A stretch of 64,000 nucleotides of DNA from Ignavibacteriota bacterium (GCA_963787835.1 CAWBEI010000002.1:416001-480000); one strand, 5' to 3'. Positions 26,607-36,993 are shown, counted from the stretch's first letter. Numbers and translations: made by a program. Notes: a model not told the origin generated them from the letters alone.

Positions 26607-29600
26607 CTATGTATTCATAATTCCCAATTTTTCACGCATTTCCTCCAACCGCTTCTTCGCCCTTATTGCATCCGGATTTCCGGAACCATACGTCTTCTCG
26701 TAGTAGGGAAGATATTTTTCGTAGTAGGGAATCGCTTGCTCATAATTTCCCTCGAGATAATACATATAGCCAATACCAACGCCGGAAGTAAATATCACGG
26801 GCAACAACGGCCCTGGCCTGTTTCTTGCGGACTCGACGACGGACTCGTATAGCGAACGTGCTCCGGGAATATCATTGATCCCCAATTTCGCGTTTGCCAT
26901 TTGTTGCCTGCAAATACAGGTTTGTTTATGATAAGGACCAAGAGTTCCCATGTAGATCGTTTCTGCTTCCCGTAATTCCGTTAATGCTTCTGAAAACCTA
27001 CTTGTTCGATTGAAATATGCTGCAAGTTGGGTCTTGGCTTGGGCCATAGCAGTATGTGATGCTCCAAAATGTTCTGAAACAATCCCAGCAAACCGCCGGA
27101 AATAGTCTTCTGCCTCAGCAAATTTAGATGCATTGGTAAGAAGGGAGCCTAAGCTGTTATACCGAGGCGATATTTCTCTGCTTCGTGGGCCATATAGTTC
27201 CGCACATTCGTCAATTGATTTCCGAAGGATCTTTTCGGCTTCTTCGATCCTTCCGAGATGATATAGTGCATAGAATATATGATCGAGAATCTCTACTCGA
27301 TTTTTTGGGAACGGAAGTATTGCCGGGTCATTGACCATTTTTTCAGATCGTTCGAGAGCAATATCGTATTTCCCAAGATTGTTAAGAATAAGAATTTGTT
27401 TTTCACGCAATTCAAGCTGTAGCTTCGTCTCCATTGCAAGTTTTTCAACCTGCGGATATCCTGCGCCGAATACCTCGTCGGCTCGCGTATATTCGGAGGC
27501 AAGCACGAGGAGTTCGATCGCATTCGTAAAAGCTTGAACGACCGTATTGGAGTTTAGGCCGGAACCCATAAGGCGAGGAATGTATTCGGCATCGATCTCG
27601 ACGTTTCCGAATTCGCGCCAATATCCGAGTGCTTCATATCGCTCGTGATCGGTTTCAAGCAGGGCAAGCATCCCTGGTTCGAGCAGTGAACGCTTCAAGG
27701 CATCGTGCTCCCCGGCAGCCTGCCACTGCCACGGTTCTTCCGCTCGCCGGCGTTCGCCGAATTCTCGCGTTGAAAAATATCTTCCGATGTGGGCATGGGA
27801 AGCTTTTTTCTCCTTCTCCTCGGGCACGTACCGCTGCTCGATCGCCTCCCGCAAAAAGTTATGGAAGAAGGAATGGAAGCCTTCTCGAACCATCAGGTGG
27901 TATTCCATCGCGATCATCAGTTCCGAAAGCGCCATACGGGGCTTGCCGGTGATCTCCATCAGTTCCGCCTCCGACAGCCCATGACGGGACGCCCAGATGG
28001 CTGTCATCACCGTGCGAACAGATTCCTCGCCGTGGTCGCGCTCTAAGCGGGCCAGCACCTTCTGGAATAGCTCCCGTTCATCGGCACTACCCAGATAATC
28101 CGCAAGGTGTTCATGCAAGGATTGGTGATGGCCGAAGATGCGCAGTTCTTCCAACACCGTTCGTAAAAAGAGCGGGCTCGATGATTTGGGATCGGATGAA
28201 AGCGTGTGAAGATCTTTTTGCGGCAGCGATTTACGATACCGTTTCAGGAAATTGCTCGCAATAGCTTCCCGCTGATGCTCGGTGAGCGACTGAAGTTCCA
28301 GCTCGTTCCAGTTCCGTTTGCGAAGCTGTTCGAGCGGCACACTGTCCGCCGTCGTCGAAAGCACGAGCCGAACGTTCGGTGGGATGAACTCCGGCAGCCA
28401 GTGCATTTCCGTCGCAACACCGGTAAGCTGGTTGAGGGCATCAATGAAGAGGACCAGCTTATCCGTCTCCCCCTCCTTAAGGAGGAGGGGGTTGGGGGGC
28501 GGTTCCTGCGCATCGAAAAAACCACCCCCTGCCCCCTCCTTCTTTAGGAGGGGGGTGCTTCCAACTTTCGCCAGCCAGACTGGGAACTCCTCGCGAAGTG
28601 TGGTATCATCCGTTGGAACGGTTTCGGAAAGCGCATATCGCTCTTTGATCTCCATCATGACCTGACGGATGACATCTTCGGGATCGCTTCCCTCTGCCGC
28701 ACCGATAAAATGCTGCACGACGAATGCATTCGGGTTCTGCGTTTGATATTCATGCGCCAAATGAGACATCAGCGCGCTCTTCCCCAAACCTGATCGTCCC
28801 CAAATGACGAGCGGGGGCCCATCGGACTCCACATGTTTGACGAACGCGTCATAATATGCGGGATTCGCCACATAGGCTCGCCTGCGGTTGATCGAAAAAG
28901 CTTCGTGCTCGATGCGCTCACGTTCGAGCGGCGTCAGATCGCGTTTGGCAGGGAAATGCCGATCGAGAATCGAAATTATATCCTGAAACACCAGCTCGCC
29001 AAGTTCTTCGGGATCGTTGAAACGGCGGTAGGGAACTCCGGTGGATTGGAGGGTTTCTTTGAGAGTGGATAACCCTTTGGACGCTATGGACTTGTTGGAC
29101 AGAGTGGTGTCCAAATTGTCCATGGCGTCCATCACGTCCACCGAACCGCCAAGCACCTGTTCATAAAAAAAAGAAGAATCATTTTTTTCCAGGAGTGCGC
29201 CATGTGCGAACTCCATCTCGATAATGCTCTTTTCTTTGGCGGCAAAATCCCGGAGCCACGGAAATTCTTTCAGGATCTCCCTATCCTTCTCGATCTCAGT
29301 AATACCAGGGACCCATCCATACCTCGAACCAATGATGCCTATAAAATAGGGACGGCAGCGGTCGATCTCCTCTAAACAAATGCGGATCGTTTTTCCCGTG
29401 CGTGATTCGTCTTCTGTGATGCCCCACCGCAGGTCGATCTCGGTGAACTCCACGCCACGCTCCCGGCATTCTTTTCGTATCCGGGGAAATACTTTTTTGA
29501 CAAGCTGCTCCCGTTCCGGCTGTAGATCCCGGAACGTCGAGGAGACGAACAGGCGGAGTTCGTTCTTTCGCGCTTCGCGGCTGTGCTGGTGATCCGGCAT
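26607..29600 (-). CDS. DUF4062 (TIR-like)-STAND/NACHT-like NTPase-TPR protein (NPHP3/TEP1-like architecture)
   Basis: LFVSSTFRDLQPERE, IDLRWGI, ICLEEIDRCRPYFIGIIGSRYGW; Walker A GRSGLGKS; Walker B VLFIDALNQL; SPLFL; C-terminal TPRs; start placed at ATG 29600. Confidence 0.9.
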   Translation of the reverse strand: MPDHQHSREARKNELRLFVSSTFRDLQPEREQLVKKVFPRIRKECRERGVEFTEIDLRWGITEDESRTGKTIRICLEEIDRCRPYFIGIIGSRYGWVPGITEIEKDREILKEFPWLRDFAAKEKSIIEMEFAHGALLEKNDSSFFYEQVLGGSVDVMDAMDNLDTTLSNKSIASKGLSTLKETLQSTGVPYRRFNDPEELGELVFQDIISILDRHFPAKRDLTPLERERIEHEAFSINRRRAYVANPAYYDAFVKHVESDGPPLVIWGRSGLGKSALMSHLAHEYQTQNPNAFVVQHFIGAAEGSDPEDVIRQVMMEIKERYALSETVPTDDTTLREEFPVWLAKVGSTPLLKKEGAGGGFFDAQEPPPNPLLLKEGETDKLVLFIDALNQLTGVATEMHWLPEFIPPNVRLVLSTTADSVPLEQLRKRNWNELELQSLTEHQREAIASNFLKRYRKSLPQKDLHTLSSDPKSSSPLFLRTVLEELRIFGHHQSLHEHLADYLGSADERELFQKVLARLERDHGEESVRTVMTAIWASRHGLSEAELMEITGKPRMALSELMIAMEYHLMVREGFHSFFHNFLREAIEQRYVPEEKEKKASHAHIGRYFSTREFGERRRAEEPWQWQAAGEHDALKRSLLEPGMLALLETDHERYEALGYWREFGNVEIDAEYIPRLMGSGLNSNTVVQAFTNAIELLVLASEYTRADEVFGAGYPQVEKLAMETKLQLELREKQILILNNLGKYDIALERSEKMVNDPAILPFPKNRVEILDHIFYALYHLGRIEEAEKILRKSIDECAELYGPRSREISPRYNSLGSLLTNASKFAEAEDYFRRFAGIVSEHFGASHTAMAQAKTQLAAYFNRTSRFSEALTELREAETIYMGTLGPYHKQTCICRQQMANAKLGINDIPGARSLYESVVESARNRPGPLLPVIFTSGVGIGYMYYLEGNYEQAIPYYEKYLPYYEKTYGSGNPDAIRAKKRLEEMREKLGIMNT
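28467..28557. repeat. C/G-run palindromic doublet inserted in frame in the STAND domain
   Basis: CCCCTCCTTAAGGAGGAGGGGGTTGGGGGGCGGTT and inverted AACCACCCCCTGCCCCCTCCTTCTTTAGGAGGGG. Confidence 0.85.
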
Positions 29601-29631
29601 GGGAGCGGTTAGGGTAAAAATTATCCCTTTA

Positions 29632-29639
29632 CAAAAATA
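29632..29639 (-). promoter_or_regulatory. Putative -7 promoter element of the DUF4062-STAND gene
   Basis: Minus strand TATTTTTG, ~30 nt upstream of ATG 29600. Confidence 0.45.
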
Positions 29640-29723
29640 CAACAATTACACAGAATTGCCGTAGAGTGGTGGAATACGCCCCTCACGAACGAAGTGATTT
29701 TTCAGGGCGTTAGCGGATTAGCC

Positions 29724-32129
29724 ATGCTCCACCATCCACGGGTCTTACTCTCGTTCACGCTCGCGGCGCTTTGCGTCGCTGGAGCGGCAGTGTTTTCCGG
29801 CTGCACCTGGTGGCATAATTTCTCGACGTATTACAACACCGTCTATCTTGCCCAAACGCATCTGGATGCCTACGAAGCCTCACAACGGGCTGTTGTGGCG
29901 CCGAACGCGAGTGCTACCGTGGCCGTAAAAGAGCACCGCTGGCTGGAGGAAGAATATCTCATGCGCCAGGAAGGAATACGCTCCGGGCATGTCGAGCCGA
30001 TCACGCCATCGTTCTCCCAGTCCCTCAGCGCAACCAAGCAGGTGACCAACGTTCATCTTGACTCTGCGATCATTCTCGGCTCTAAGATCCTGGCAGATAA
30101 AAAAGGTACAAAATACCGGGAGGATGCTCTGTTCATCGTCGGCAAAGCGCAGTTCTACAAGAACGATTTTATCGGCGCAGAACGGAAGTTCAGGGAATTA
30201 TTAGCGAATTACCCTCAAACCAAATATGGTGCGCAGGTGCAAGTGTTACTTGCCAGATCGATGCTCATCAATCATGACATCGATACGGCGGCAATACAAC
30301 TGCAACACGGACTTCAGGCCACGAAGGATTCGAAGGATGCTGTGACCGCATCGAGCATCCATCGCGCAATCGCAGAACTGATCTATGCAAAGAATCCCGA
30401 TTCGCTTACTGCGATCGCCAGAGAACTCCACGAAGCAGAAGCCGGCTTAACCGGCGAGGATCTTGCCCGGCTCGCGTATCAGGAAGGAGCTGTAGAATTC
30501 TTGAATGGAGATTGGCCTTCGGCGGAAACGGCCTTCCAGACTGCAGCGAAGTCAGCAGATGACGATTGGATTGCCGGTGAAGCACTTGTGGCGAAAGGGC
30601 TGACCCTCCGCGAAGAAGGAAACCTCGATGCAGCCAAAGAGGAGTTCGCTTCCATCATTGCACATGTAAAATATAGTTCTTCGGCTGTGGCAGCACGCTA
30701 CGAGCTTGCTTACACCGATGAACTGATCGCCCGCAAAGCCGTTGGTAACGATCTTCAATCAACCGTTTTTCACGACACTTACGAGCACCCGGTGCTCTCC
30801 GAATATCATGTGATTGATACCACCTACCGGACGACGAGTGCCCTTATCACGTCACGCTCCAGATTTCGGCAATCGGAAATTTTCCGTGAAATGGGACGCT
30901 ACGATACTGCAGCCCAGACTGCGTCGGGGCTTATCAATACCAAGGATTTTTCTTCGCCCGCGATGAATGAGTATGTTTCCGATCGCGCCAGTTCCCTCGC
31001 AGATTATGCGCACTGGCAGAAGGAGTTAGGCCACCTCGATACCCTGATATCAACCCTTACACCCAAAGGAAGCGCACGCACTCATTCCGAAGTAAAAGTG
31101 CCGGGTGAAACCGGAGAGGATAATATCCATGTCAAGGCCATGCAGGAAGTACTCGGGCCGCGTTGGCGCCCCGAGCAACCTCCCCAAATGACGCACGTGG
31201 ATTCTAATCGCGTGAAAGAGGCCGAAATGCGTCTGCGTCAAAAAGCTCCCGCAAAACTGGTGGTCAAAGATACAGCCCATTTTTTGGACAGCATCCAATT
31301 TCGCGCTGGAATGGCACACTACCAGATCGGCCGCTCGTATGAGACGTTTGGCCAGATCGCAGAGGCACGCGATGAATACCGCACCGCCGACACCATGAAT
31401 ATCGGCACCATGGATACCGGACGCATCGCGTTGCGCGCTCGAACGCTCTATGCCTGGCTCGAACTCGAGAAACAGCAGAAAAATCAACTCGTTGCCGATT
31501 CTCTGCTTCATGACTTGCTTTCTAATTACGGACAAACGATGTATGCCGAGCAAGCGCGAATACTCTATGTCACATCCTCTCGAAATTCGCCAGGGGAACT
31601 TGCGTATCTCAATGCCTATACTATTCTTCGTGATAGCGGCGTGAATGCCGCTAAACCTCCGCTGCTGAATATCGTTACCAACTTTTCGCAGGAAGACGTT
31701 GCACCTCGCTCGCTCTTTGCGATCGGCGAGACGTATGAAGAATCCACACGATATGACAGCGCCCTTGCGTACTACCATCGTGTCATGTCCGAGTATCCCT
31801 ACTCCTCGTATGCGTTCGCATTGCGGCCGCGCTTGGCAGACGCCGGAAGCACGGGTCGAAGTCTTGTTCCTTCGCGAACACTTCCGCCGGCTCCAATGCC
31901 TCAGGAAACATCCCAGCCAGGCGACGATGCGTCGCAGACTATTCCTCAGCCGCCTCTCGGGATACAAAAACAACCTCCGAATCCCAATGGCAAAACACCT
32001 CCAAGACCCTGGGTTCAACCACCGATGCCTCCACTTCCGCCTGGAGCAGTACCTCCACCCCATTTCCCAGGATCCCCCGGTAATATGCCACCACCACCAA
32101 ATGGCGCGCCCGATACTACTCATCAATGA
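29724..32129 (+). CDS. TPR lipoprotein, SprE/PorW-like (T9SS-associated), with a Pro-rich tail
   Basis: Lipobox FSGC, WHNFSTYYN, DALFIVGKAQFY, TPRs. Confidence 0.65.
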   Translation: MLHHPRVLLSFTLAALCVAGAAVFSGCTWWHNFSTYYNTVYLAQTHLDAYEASQRAVVAPNASATVAVKEHRWLEEEYLMRQEGIRSGHVEPITPSFSQSLSATKQVTNVHLDSAIILGSKILADKKGTKYREDALFIVGKAQFYKNDFIGAERKFRELLANYPQTKYGAQVQVLLARSMLINHDIDTAAIQLQHGLQATKDSKDAVTASSIHRAIAELIYAKNPDSLTAIARELHEAEAGLTGEDLARLAYQEGAVEFLNGDWPSAETAFQTAAKSADDDWIAGEALVAKGLTLREEGNLDAAKEEFASIIAHVKYSSSAVAARYELAYTDELIARKAVGNDLQSTVFHDTYEHPVLSEYHVIDTTYRTTSALITSRSRFRQSEIFREMGRYDTAAQTASGLINTKDFSSPAMNEYVSDRASSLADYAHWQKELGHLDTLISTLTPKGSARTHSEVKVPGETGEDNIHVKAMQEVLGPRWRPEQPPQMTHVDSNRVKEAEMRLRQKAPAKLVVKDTAHFLDSIQFRAGMAHYQIGRSYETFGQIAEARDEYRTADTMNIGTMDTGRIALRARTLYAWLELEKQQKNQLVADSLLHDLLSNYGQTMYAEQARILYVTSSRNSPGELAYLNAYTILRDSGVNAAKPPLLNIVTNFSQEDVAPRSLFAIGETYEESTRYDSALAYYHRVMSEYPYSSYAFALRPRLADAGSTGRSLVPSRTLPPAPMPQETSQPGDDASQTIPQPPLGIQKQPPNPNGKTPPRPWVQPPMPPLPPGAVPPPHFPGSPGNMPPPPNGAPDTTHQ

Positions 32130-32923
32130 ATGACCATCTTTTGTCCGAACGATCCCTCGTCACTCGGCGACGTGTGATCGCACCCGGCTTAGTGACCCTT
32201 CGATTTCATAATCCACGAATTGCTCGCGAAACGTCCGCTGGCCAATTCGTCAATGTATTGCCTAAGATTGGATTTAGCGACCCAATGCTGCGGAGACCAT
32301 TCTCCGTCTATTGGACCGAAGGCGACGAAGCCGAGATCATTGTGCAAGCACATGGACGCGGCACCGGAATTCTTGCCGAGACGCGTGAAGGTGAGGAACT
32401 CGATGTACTCGGGCCACTCGGAAAGCCATGGATGTATAATTCGGCTGACTATGAGACTGCGATCCTACTCATCGGTGGAGTGGGCGTAGCTTCGATGCCC
32501 ATGCTCACCCGCACGTTGGAACTAGAGGAATTGTCATTTCAAACCTTTTATGGAGCGCGAACCGCATCGCTCATTGCAAGGGATCGTCTCTCTAATCTAC
32601 ACATCGCTACCGATGATGGGTCGGAGGGATTTCATGGATCGAACGTCATGCTCTTACGCTCCTATCTCGAAAAAGGAAGCCTGGAATCCCCAAAGATATT
32701 CGCCTGCGGCCCAACAGCCATGATGCTCGCCGCCCAATTGCTGGCGGCGGAGTTTGGAATTCCATGCGAGGTCAGCCTCGAAACAGAAATGGCCTGCGGT
32801 ATTGGAATCTGCCAGGGATGTCCCGTACGAAACGAGGAATCTGTGTTTGAACAAACGGGACGCCGATTCCGGCTTGTCTGCACCGAGGGGCCATCCTTCA
32901 AGGCAGAGGAGATCGTCCTATGA
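32126..32923 (+). CDS. pyrK: Dihydroorotate dehydrogenase electron transfer subunit
   Basis: LRRPFS, GPLG, GGVG, ACGP, MACGIGICQGC...VCTEGP. Confidence 0.93.
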   Translation: MNDHLLSERSLVTRRRVIAPGLVTLRFHNPRIARETSAGQFVNVLPKIGFSDPMLRRPFSVYWTEGDEAEIIVQAHGRGTGILAETREGEELDVLGPLGKPWMYNSADYETAILLIGGVGVASMPMLTRTLELEELSFQTFYGARTASLIARDRLSNLHIATDDGSEGFHGSNVMLLRSYLEKGSLESPKIFACGPTAMMLAAQLLAAEFGIPCEVSLETEMACGIGICQGCPVRNEESVFEQTGRRFRLVCTEGPSFKAEEIVL

Positions 32924-33897
32924 AAAAAGCTGCCTCGAACAACGGCATGACTGCACCTGATCTTAGCGTAAAACTTGGCAAGGTCACATTTAAAAATCCC
33001 ATACTCGTTGCAAGCGGGACCTTCGGGTATGGCGCCGAAGCGAAACAGTGGTGCGACATCGAACAATTAGGCGGCATTGTAACGAAATCCGTCAGCTGGA
33101 AACCACGCATGGGGAACCCTCCTCACCGGATTGTTGAAACAGCGAGCGGTATGCTGAACTCGATCGGACTTGCGAATGTCGGCGTGCATACGTTCGTCAA
33201 GGAAAAACTTCCCTATCTCGCGCAATTCGATACAAAGATCATCGCAAACATCGCGGCATCTTCGATGGAAGAATACCGTGACGTCCTCGAACATATCGAA
33301 GCAAATGCGGTGGAAAACCTCGCAGGATACGAGATCAACATTAGCTGCCCCAATGTAAAAGATGGCGGGCTTTCTTTCGGAACGAATGTCGAGCGAACGG
33401 AGGAGCTAACCACCCTGCTCCGAGCTTCCACCGATCGCATACTGATGATAAAGTTGACGCCAAACGTCACCAGTGTTGCGCCGTTCGCGCAAGCCTGCGA
33501 ACGCGCCGGAGCCGATGCCGTGAGCCTTATTAACACGCTTGTCGGAATGTCCATTGATATTTACACCCATGAACCACGGCTAAACACCGTCACCGGCGGA
33601 CTTTCCGGCCCGGCGATAAAGCCCATTGCGCTTGCTCAAGTATATCAGGCACGCAAAGCATGTGGAATTCCGATCATCGGGATGGGCGGAATAGTTACTG
33701 CTGAAGATGCGGTGGAATTCTTCATCGCCGGCGCAGACATGGTGCAGGTCGGAACTGCAAATTTTGTTTATCCTGATGCGGGCGTGCGCGTTGCAGAAGG
33801 TCTTGCAGAATTCATGCGAGTACAAAAGATCGAGGGAATGGGAGAGCTTGTGAATTCGCTCCGCGTGAGAGCAGATCTGAAGGCAGCGGGGTGGTGA
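32920..33897 (+). CDS. pyrD: Dihydroorotate dehydrogenase 1B catalytic subunit
   Basis: ASGTFGYG, NISCPNV, KLTPNV, GGLSGPAIKP. Confidence 0.95.
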   Translation: MKKAASNNGMTAPDLSVKLGKVTFKNPILVASGTFGYGAEAKQWCDIEQLGGIVTKSVSWKPRMGNPPHRIVETASGMLNSIGLANVGVHTFVKEKLPYLAQFDTKIIANIAASSMEEYRDVLEHIEANAVENLAGYEINISCPNVKDGGLSFGTNVERTEELTTLLRASTDRILMIKLTPNVTSVAPFAQACERAGADAVSLINTLVGMSIDIYTHEPRLNTVTGGLSGPAIKPIALAQVYQARKACGIPIIGMGGIVTAEDAVEFFIAGADMVQVGTANFVYPDAGVRVAEGLAEFMRVQKIEGMGELVNSLRVRADLKAAGW

Positions 33898-33941
33898 TTT
33901 AACATCGGGCACTATGACAACCATCAATAGGTTAGAATTTT

Positions 33942-34187
33942 ATGGACAGAGAACGAGAAGCCATTCGGGATGAAGCATTTGAACTCGACCCCGCAAGTCA
34001 GGCAATGCTTGCGGAGGAACTCGTGGAGAATCTTGCAAAAACTCCGAACATGACCGATTGGCTAGAAGAAGCTAAGCGCCGCCTCACAGCATACCGTCGA
34101 GGAGAAATGTCGACGGTTGATCCAGCTGAAACCTTTGCAAAGACGAAGCGAATGATCGAGGATGCTCGCCGCAGTGCACTTCGATGA
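33942..34187 (+). CDS. Addiction-module antitoxin (TIGR02574-like)
   Basis: WLEEAKRRLTAYRRGE motif; ATGA overlap with a RelE/ParE remnant. Confidence 0.8.
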   Translation: MDREREAIRDEAFELDPASQAMLAEELVENLAKTPNMTDWLEEAKRRLTAYRRGEMSTVDPAETFAKTKRMIEDARRSALR

Positions 34188-34476
34188 AGGTTAGAAATAC
34201 TTCGGCGGTCGATCAAGAAATCGTCGAAGCAGTTGCATTCTAACTAAACGAACATAGCCCTCAATCAGCAGCACGGTTTGACGATCTCCTGAAGATCGCT
34301 ATCCATGAAATTGAAGAGAGCCCATTTCTTTGTCCTATTCTCGATGAGAATGTAAGAGTAAAATTTTTGACTCCATTCCATTCTCGATTTTGTATTCTGT
34401 TGAAGAAACAGAGATAGTCATTATTGCGCTCGCTCATCAAAAACGAAAACCCGGATATTGGAAAAAACGTCTGTAA
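34184..34476 (+). pseudogene. RelE/ParE-family toxin pseudogene
   Basis: MKVRNTSAVDQEIVEAVAF* (TAA 34241), a frameshift near 34378, then FSILYSVEETEIVIIALAHQKRKPGYWKKRL*. Confidence 0.85.
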
Positions 34477-34557
34477 GCTGTTTTATTCTTCGACTCCTTT
34501 AGAAACCACGCCTTCCCCCGCTCTGTTTAGCGCACTTCAATCTAAATAAAGGAAAAG

Positions 34558-35046
34558 ATGTCAAAACCTGTTGTCGGTATTATTATGGGGAGCGCGTCCG
34601 ATTGGGACACGATGCGCGAGTCCCACAAAATTCTGGAAGAATTCGGCGTGGAGCACGAGTACAAAGTGCTATCGGCGCATCGTGCCCCTGCGGCGGTAAC
34701 CGAATACGCCACGAAAGCACAAAAACGAGGACTGAAAGTGATTATCGGCGCGGCGGGCGGCGCAGCGCACCTTGCAGGCGTGCTCGCAGCACAGACCCTC
34801 CTTCCCGTGCTGGGGGTTCCCATTGAATCGCAGGCATTGAAAGGGATGGACTCTCTCCTTTCGACGGTACAAATGCCGGCTGGCATTCCTGTCGGAACGC
34901 TCGCCATTGGCAAAGCCGGAGCGAAGAATGCTGCACTCCTCGCAATTGCAATGCTTGCCACCACGGACGCTGGGTTAAGAGATAAACTGCAAGTTTACCG
35001 CGAAACGCAAACCAAAGCGGTGCTTGCCGCAAAATTGGAAGCCTAA
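34558..35046 (+). CDS. purE: N5-CAIR mutase
   Basis: [30 protein letters not shown]. Confidence 0.97.
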   Translation: MSKPVVGIIMGSASDWDTMRESHKILEEFGVEHEYKVLSAHRAPAAVTEYATKAQKRGLKVIIGAAGGAAHLAGVLAAQTLLPVLGVPIESQALKGMDSLLSTVQMPAGIPVGTLAIGKAGAKNAALLAIAMLATTDAGLRDKLQVYRETQTKAVLAAKLEA

Positions 35047-35049
35047 AAT

Positions 35050-35083
35050 TAATTACGAATTTCAAATTACGAATTACGAATTT
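35050..35083. repeat. AATTACG heptamer repeats; inverted counterpart at 35760-35785
   Basis: AATTACG AATTTCA AATTACG AATTACG AATT and AATTCGTAATTTGAAATTCGTAAAT. Confidence 0.75.
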
Positions 35084-35754
35084 TGAAGCTCCAACTTTTT
35101 GCGGACGAACCGTACCTTCGGTCGTTTACAGACTATCTGTCCTCTATTCCATTGGTAGAACTCGTAAGCAGCGAGCCCGAGCTATTGCTCGATCTGAGTT
35201 TTATGGAACCCGTCGAAAAGGCCCGGTGGCTTTCCAAGGTTGAAACGAATGTCGCTATTATTTCAAACACGCTTACGATGAGCGCGACAACTGCTCAGAA
35301 CGCTTCGGGAAAAGATAATCGTATTATAGGCATGCCAATAGTGCCGCATTATTTCGAGCGGCAAAAAACAGTTGAATATTCATTCCCATTTGGCACGAAT
35401 GAGAAGAGCGATGGGGTCAACAAACTTCTGCAAGTACTTGGCAAGAGTGGCGAACAAGTAAAAGATGCTATTGCCGGAGTTTTTCCTCGAACGCTTGCCA
35501 TGATCGTCAACGAAGCAGCGTTCGCCGTGCAGGAATCCGTCGCAACCGCCGCAGATATTGACACGGCGATGAAGCTTGGAACGAATTATCCGAAAGGTCC
35601 CCTTGCATGGTGCGATGAAATTGGCGCAGAGGCCATCGTCGCTATGCTCGATGCGCTGGCCAGAGAATATGGCAGTGAACGGTATCGCGTTGCCACGCTG
35701 CTGCGACGCCATGCTGAATCCGGAATGAAATTTATCTCGACTTCTGCTGCTTGA
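35083..35754 (+). CDS. 3-hydroxyacyl-CoA dehydrogenase C-terminal-domain protein (no NAD-binding motif)
   Basis: RTLAMIVNEA, DIDTAMKLGTNYPKGPL; no GxGxxG. Confidence 0.8.
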   Translation: MKLQLFADEPYLRSFTDYLSSIPLVELVSSEPELLLDLSFMEPVEKARWLSKVETNVAIISNTLTMSATTAQNASGKDNRIIGMPIVPHYFERQKTVEYSFPFGTNEKSDGVNKLLQVLGKSGEQVKDAIAGVFPRTLAMIVNEAAFAVQESVATAADIDTAMKLGTNYPKGPLAWCDEIGAEAIVAMLDALAREYGSERYRVATLLRRHAESGMKFISTSAA

Positions 35755-35793
35755 TTCTAAAATTCGTAATTTGAAATTCGTAAATCTTAATTA

Positions 35794-36993
35794 ATGTCAC
35801 AAGCTTATATCATCTCCGCCTGCCGCACACCATTTGGAAAATATGGAGGCGCGCTAAAAGATCTGCGTCCTGATGACATGGCCGCGCTTGTTATGAAAGC
35901 CGCTGCCGAACGCGCGGGAATCGACGCAGCAGAAATTGACGATGTCATGTTCGGTTGTGCAAACCAAGCAGGTGAAGATAACCGAAATGTCGCCCGTATG
36001 GCTGCGCTGCTCGCAGGGTTCCCGGAACGAGTACCGGGAGTAACAGTTAATCGGCTATGCGGTTCGTCGCTGGATGCGATCATCCAAGCATCGCGAGCAA
36101 TAAAATTGGGTGAAGCCGATATTATCATCGCCGGCGGCGTTGAGAGCATGACGCGCGCACCGTATTCACTTCCGAAGAATGTATCCGGCGGAGCGGTTTT
36201 TGGAAACATTCCCGCGTACAACACCGCCCTTGGGTGGCGCTATCCCAATCCGCGTCACGAAGCAATGTTCCCACTCGAATCTATGGGCGAAACGGCGGAG
36301 AATGTTGCGGAACAATGGAATGTCTCCCGCGAAGATCAGGATGCCTTCGCATTCGAATCGCATCGCCGCGCCGTAGCCGCGCAGGAGCGCGGTGATTACA
36401 AGGATGAACTGCTCGAAGTAACGATCGAGAATCGAAAGGGCAAAACAGTTATCGCCCAGGATGAACAACCGCGTGCCGATACCACTCTCGAAAAACTTGC
36501 AACACTTAAATCAGCATTTCGCAAAGGCGGAACGGTAACGGCAGGAAACTCCAGCAGCTTAAACGATGGCGCGAGTGCTGTTGTGATCGCAAGCGAAGCA
36601 GTTGTAAAACGGCTTGGCATCGAGCCACTGGGAAGATACGTCGCAAGCGGAGTGGAAGGACTCTCACCGCGATGTATGGGAGTGGGGCCGATCTATGCAA
36701 CGCAAAAGGCGCTTAAGCAAGCAAAGTTGGAAGTAAAGGACATCGATCTTTTTGAGTTGAACGAAGCATTTGCTTCCCAAAGTCTTGCCGTTATACGAGA
36801 ACTTGGTCTTGACCCTGCAAAAGTAAATCCCAATGGCGGAGCTATTGCGATCGGCCACCCGCTCGGTGCAAGCGGCGGCAGGCTTGTCGGGGCACTGCTC
36901 TACGAAATGCGGAGAAAGAACCTGAAGCGTGGCGTTGCCACCATGTGCATCGGTGTGGGACAGGGTATCGCGGGAGTGTTCGAGAGAGACTAA
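35794..36993 (+). CDS. Thiolase of the PaaJ/PcaF (3-oxoadipyl-CoA thiolase) type
   Basis: [42 protein letters not shown]. Confidence 0.92.
   Translation: MSQAYIISACRTPFGKYGGALKDLRPDDMAALVMKAAAERAGIDAAEIDDVMFGCANQAGEDNRNVARMAALLAGFPERVPGVTVNRLCGSSLDAIIQASRAIKLGEADIIIAGGVESMTRAPYSLPKNVSGGAVFGNIPAYNTALGWRYPNPRHEAMFPLESMGETAENVAEQWNVSREDQDAFAFESHRRAVAAQERGDYKDELLEVTIENRKGKTVIAQDEQPRADTTLEKLATLKSAFRKGGTVTAGNSSSLNDGASAVVIASEAVVKRLGIEPLGRYVASGVEGLSPRCMGVGPIYATQKALKQAKLEVKDIDLFELNEAFASQSLAVIRELGLDPAKVNPNGGAIAIGHPLGASGGRLVGALLYEMRRKNLKRGVATMCIGVGQGIAGVFERD

Noticed and set aside
31050-32126. 358-aa minus-strand Trp/Arg-rich ORF
   Set aside because: Antisense to the Pro-rich tail of the TPR lipoprotein; no recognisable motifs
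125-34243. TTC-TAA where Phe-Tyr is expected in two pseudogenes, suggesting TAA recoding
   Set aside because: TAA ends many intact genes here (lolD, rplL, purE, smc) and both genes carry other lesions
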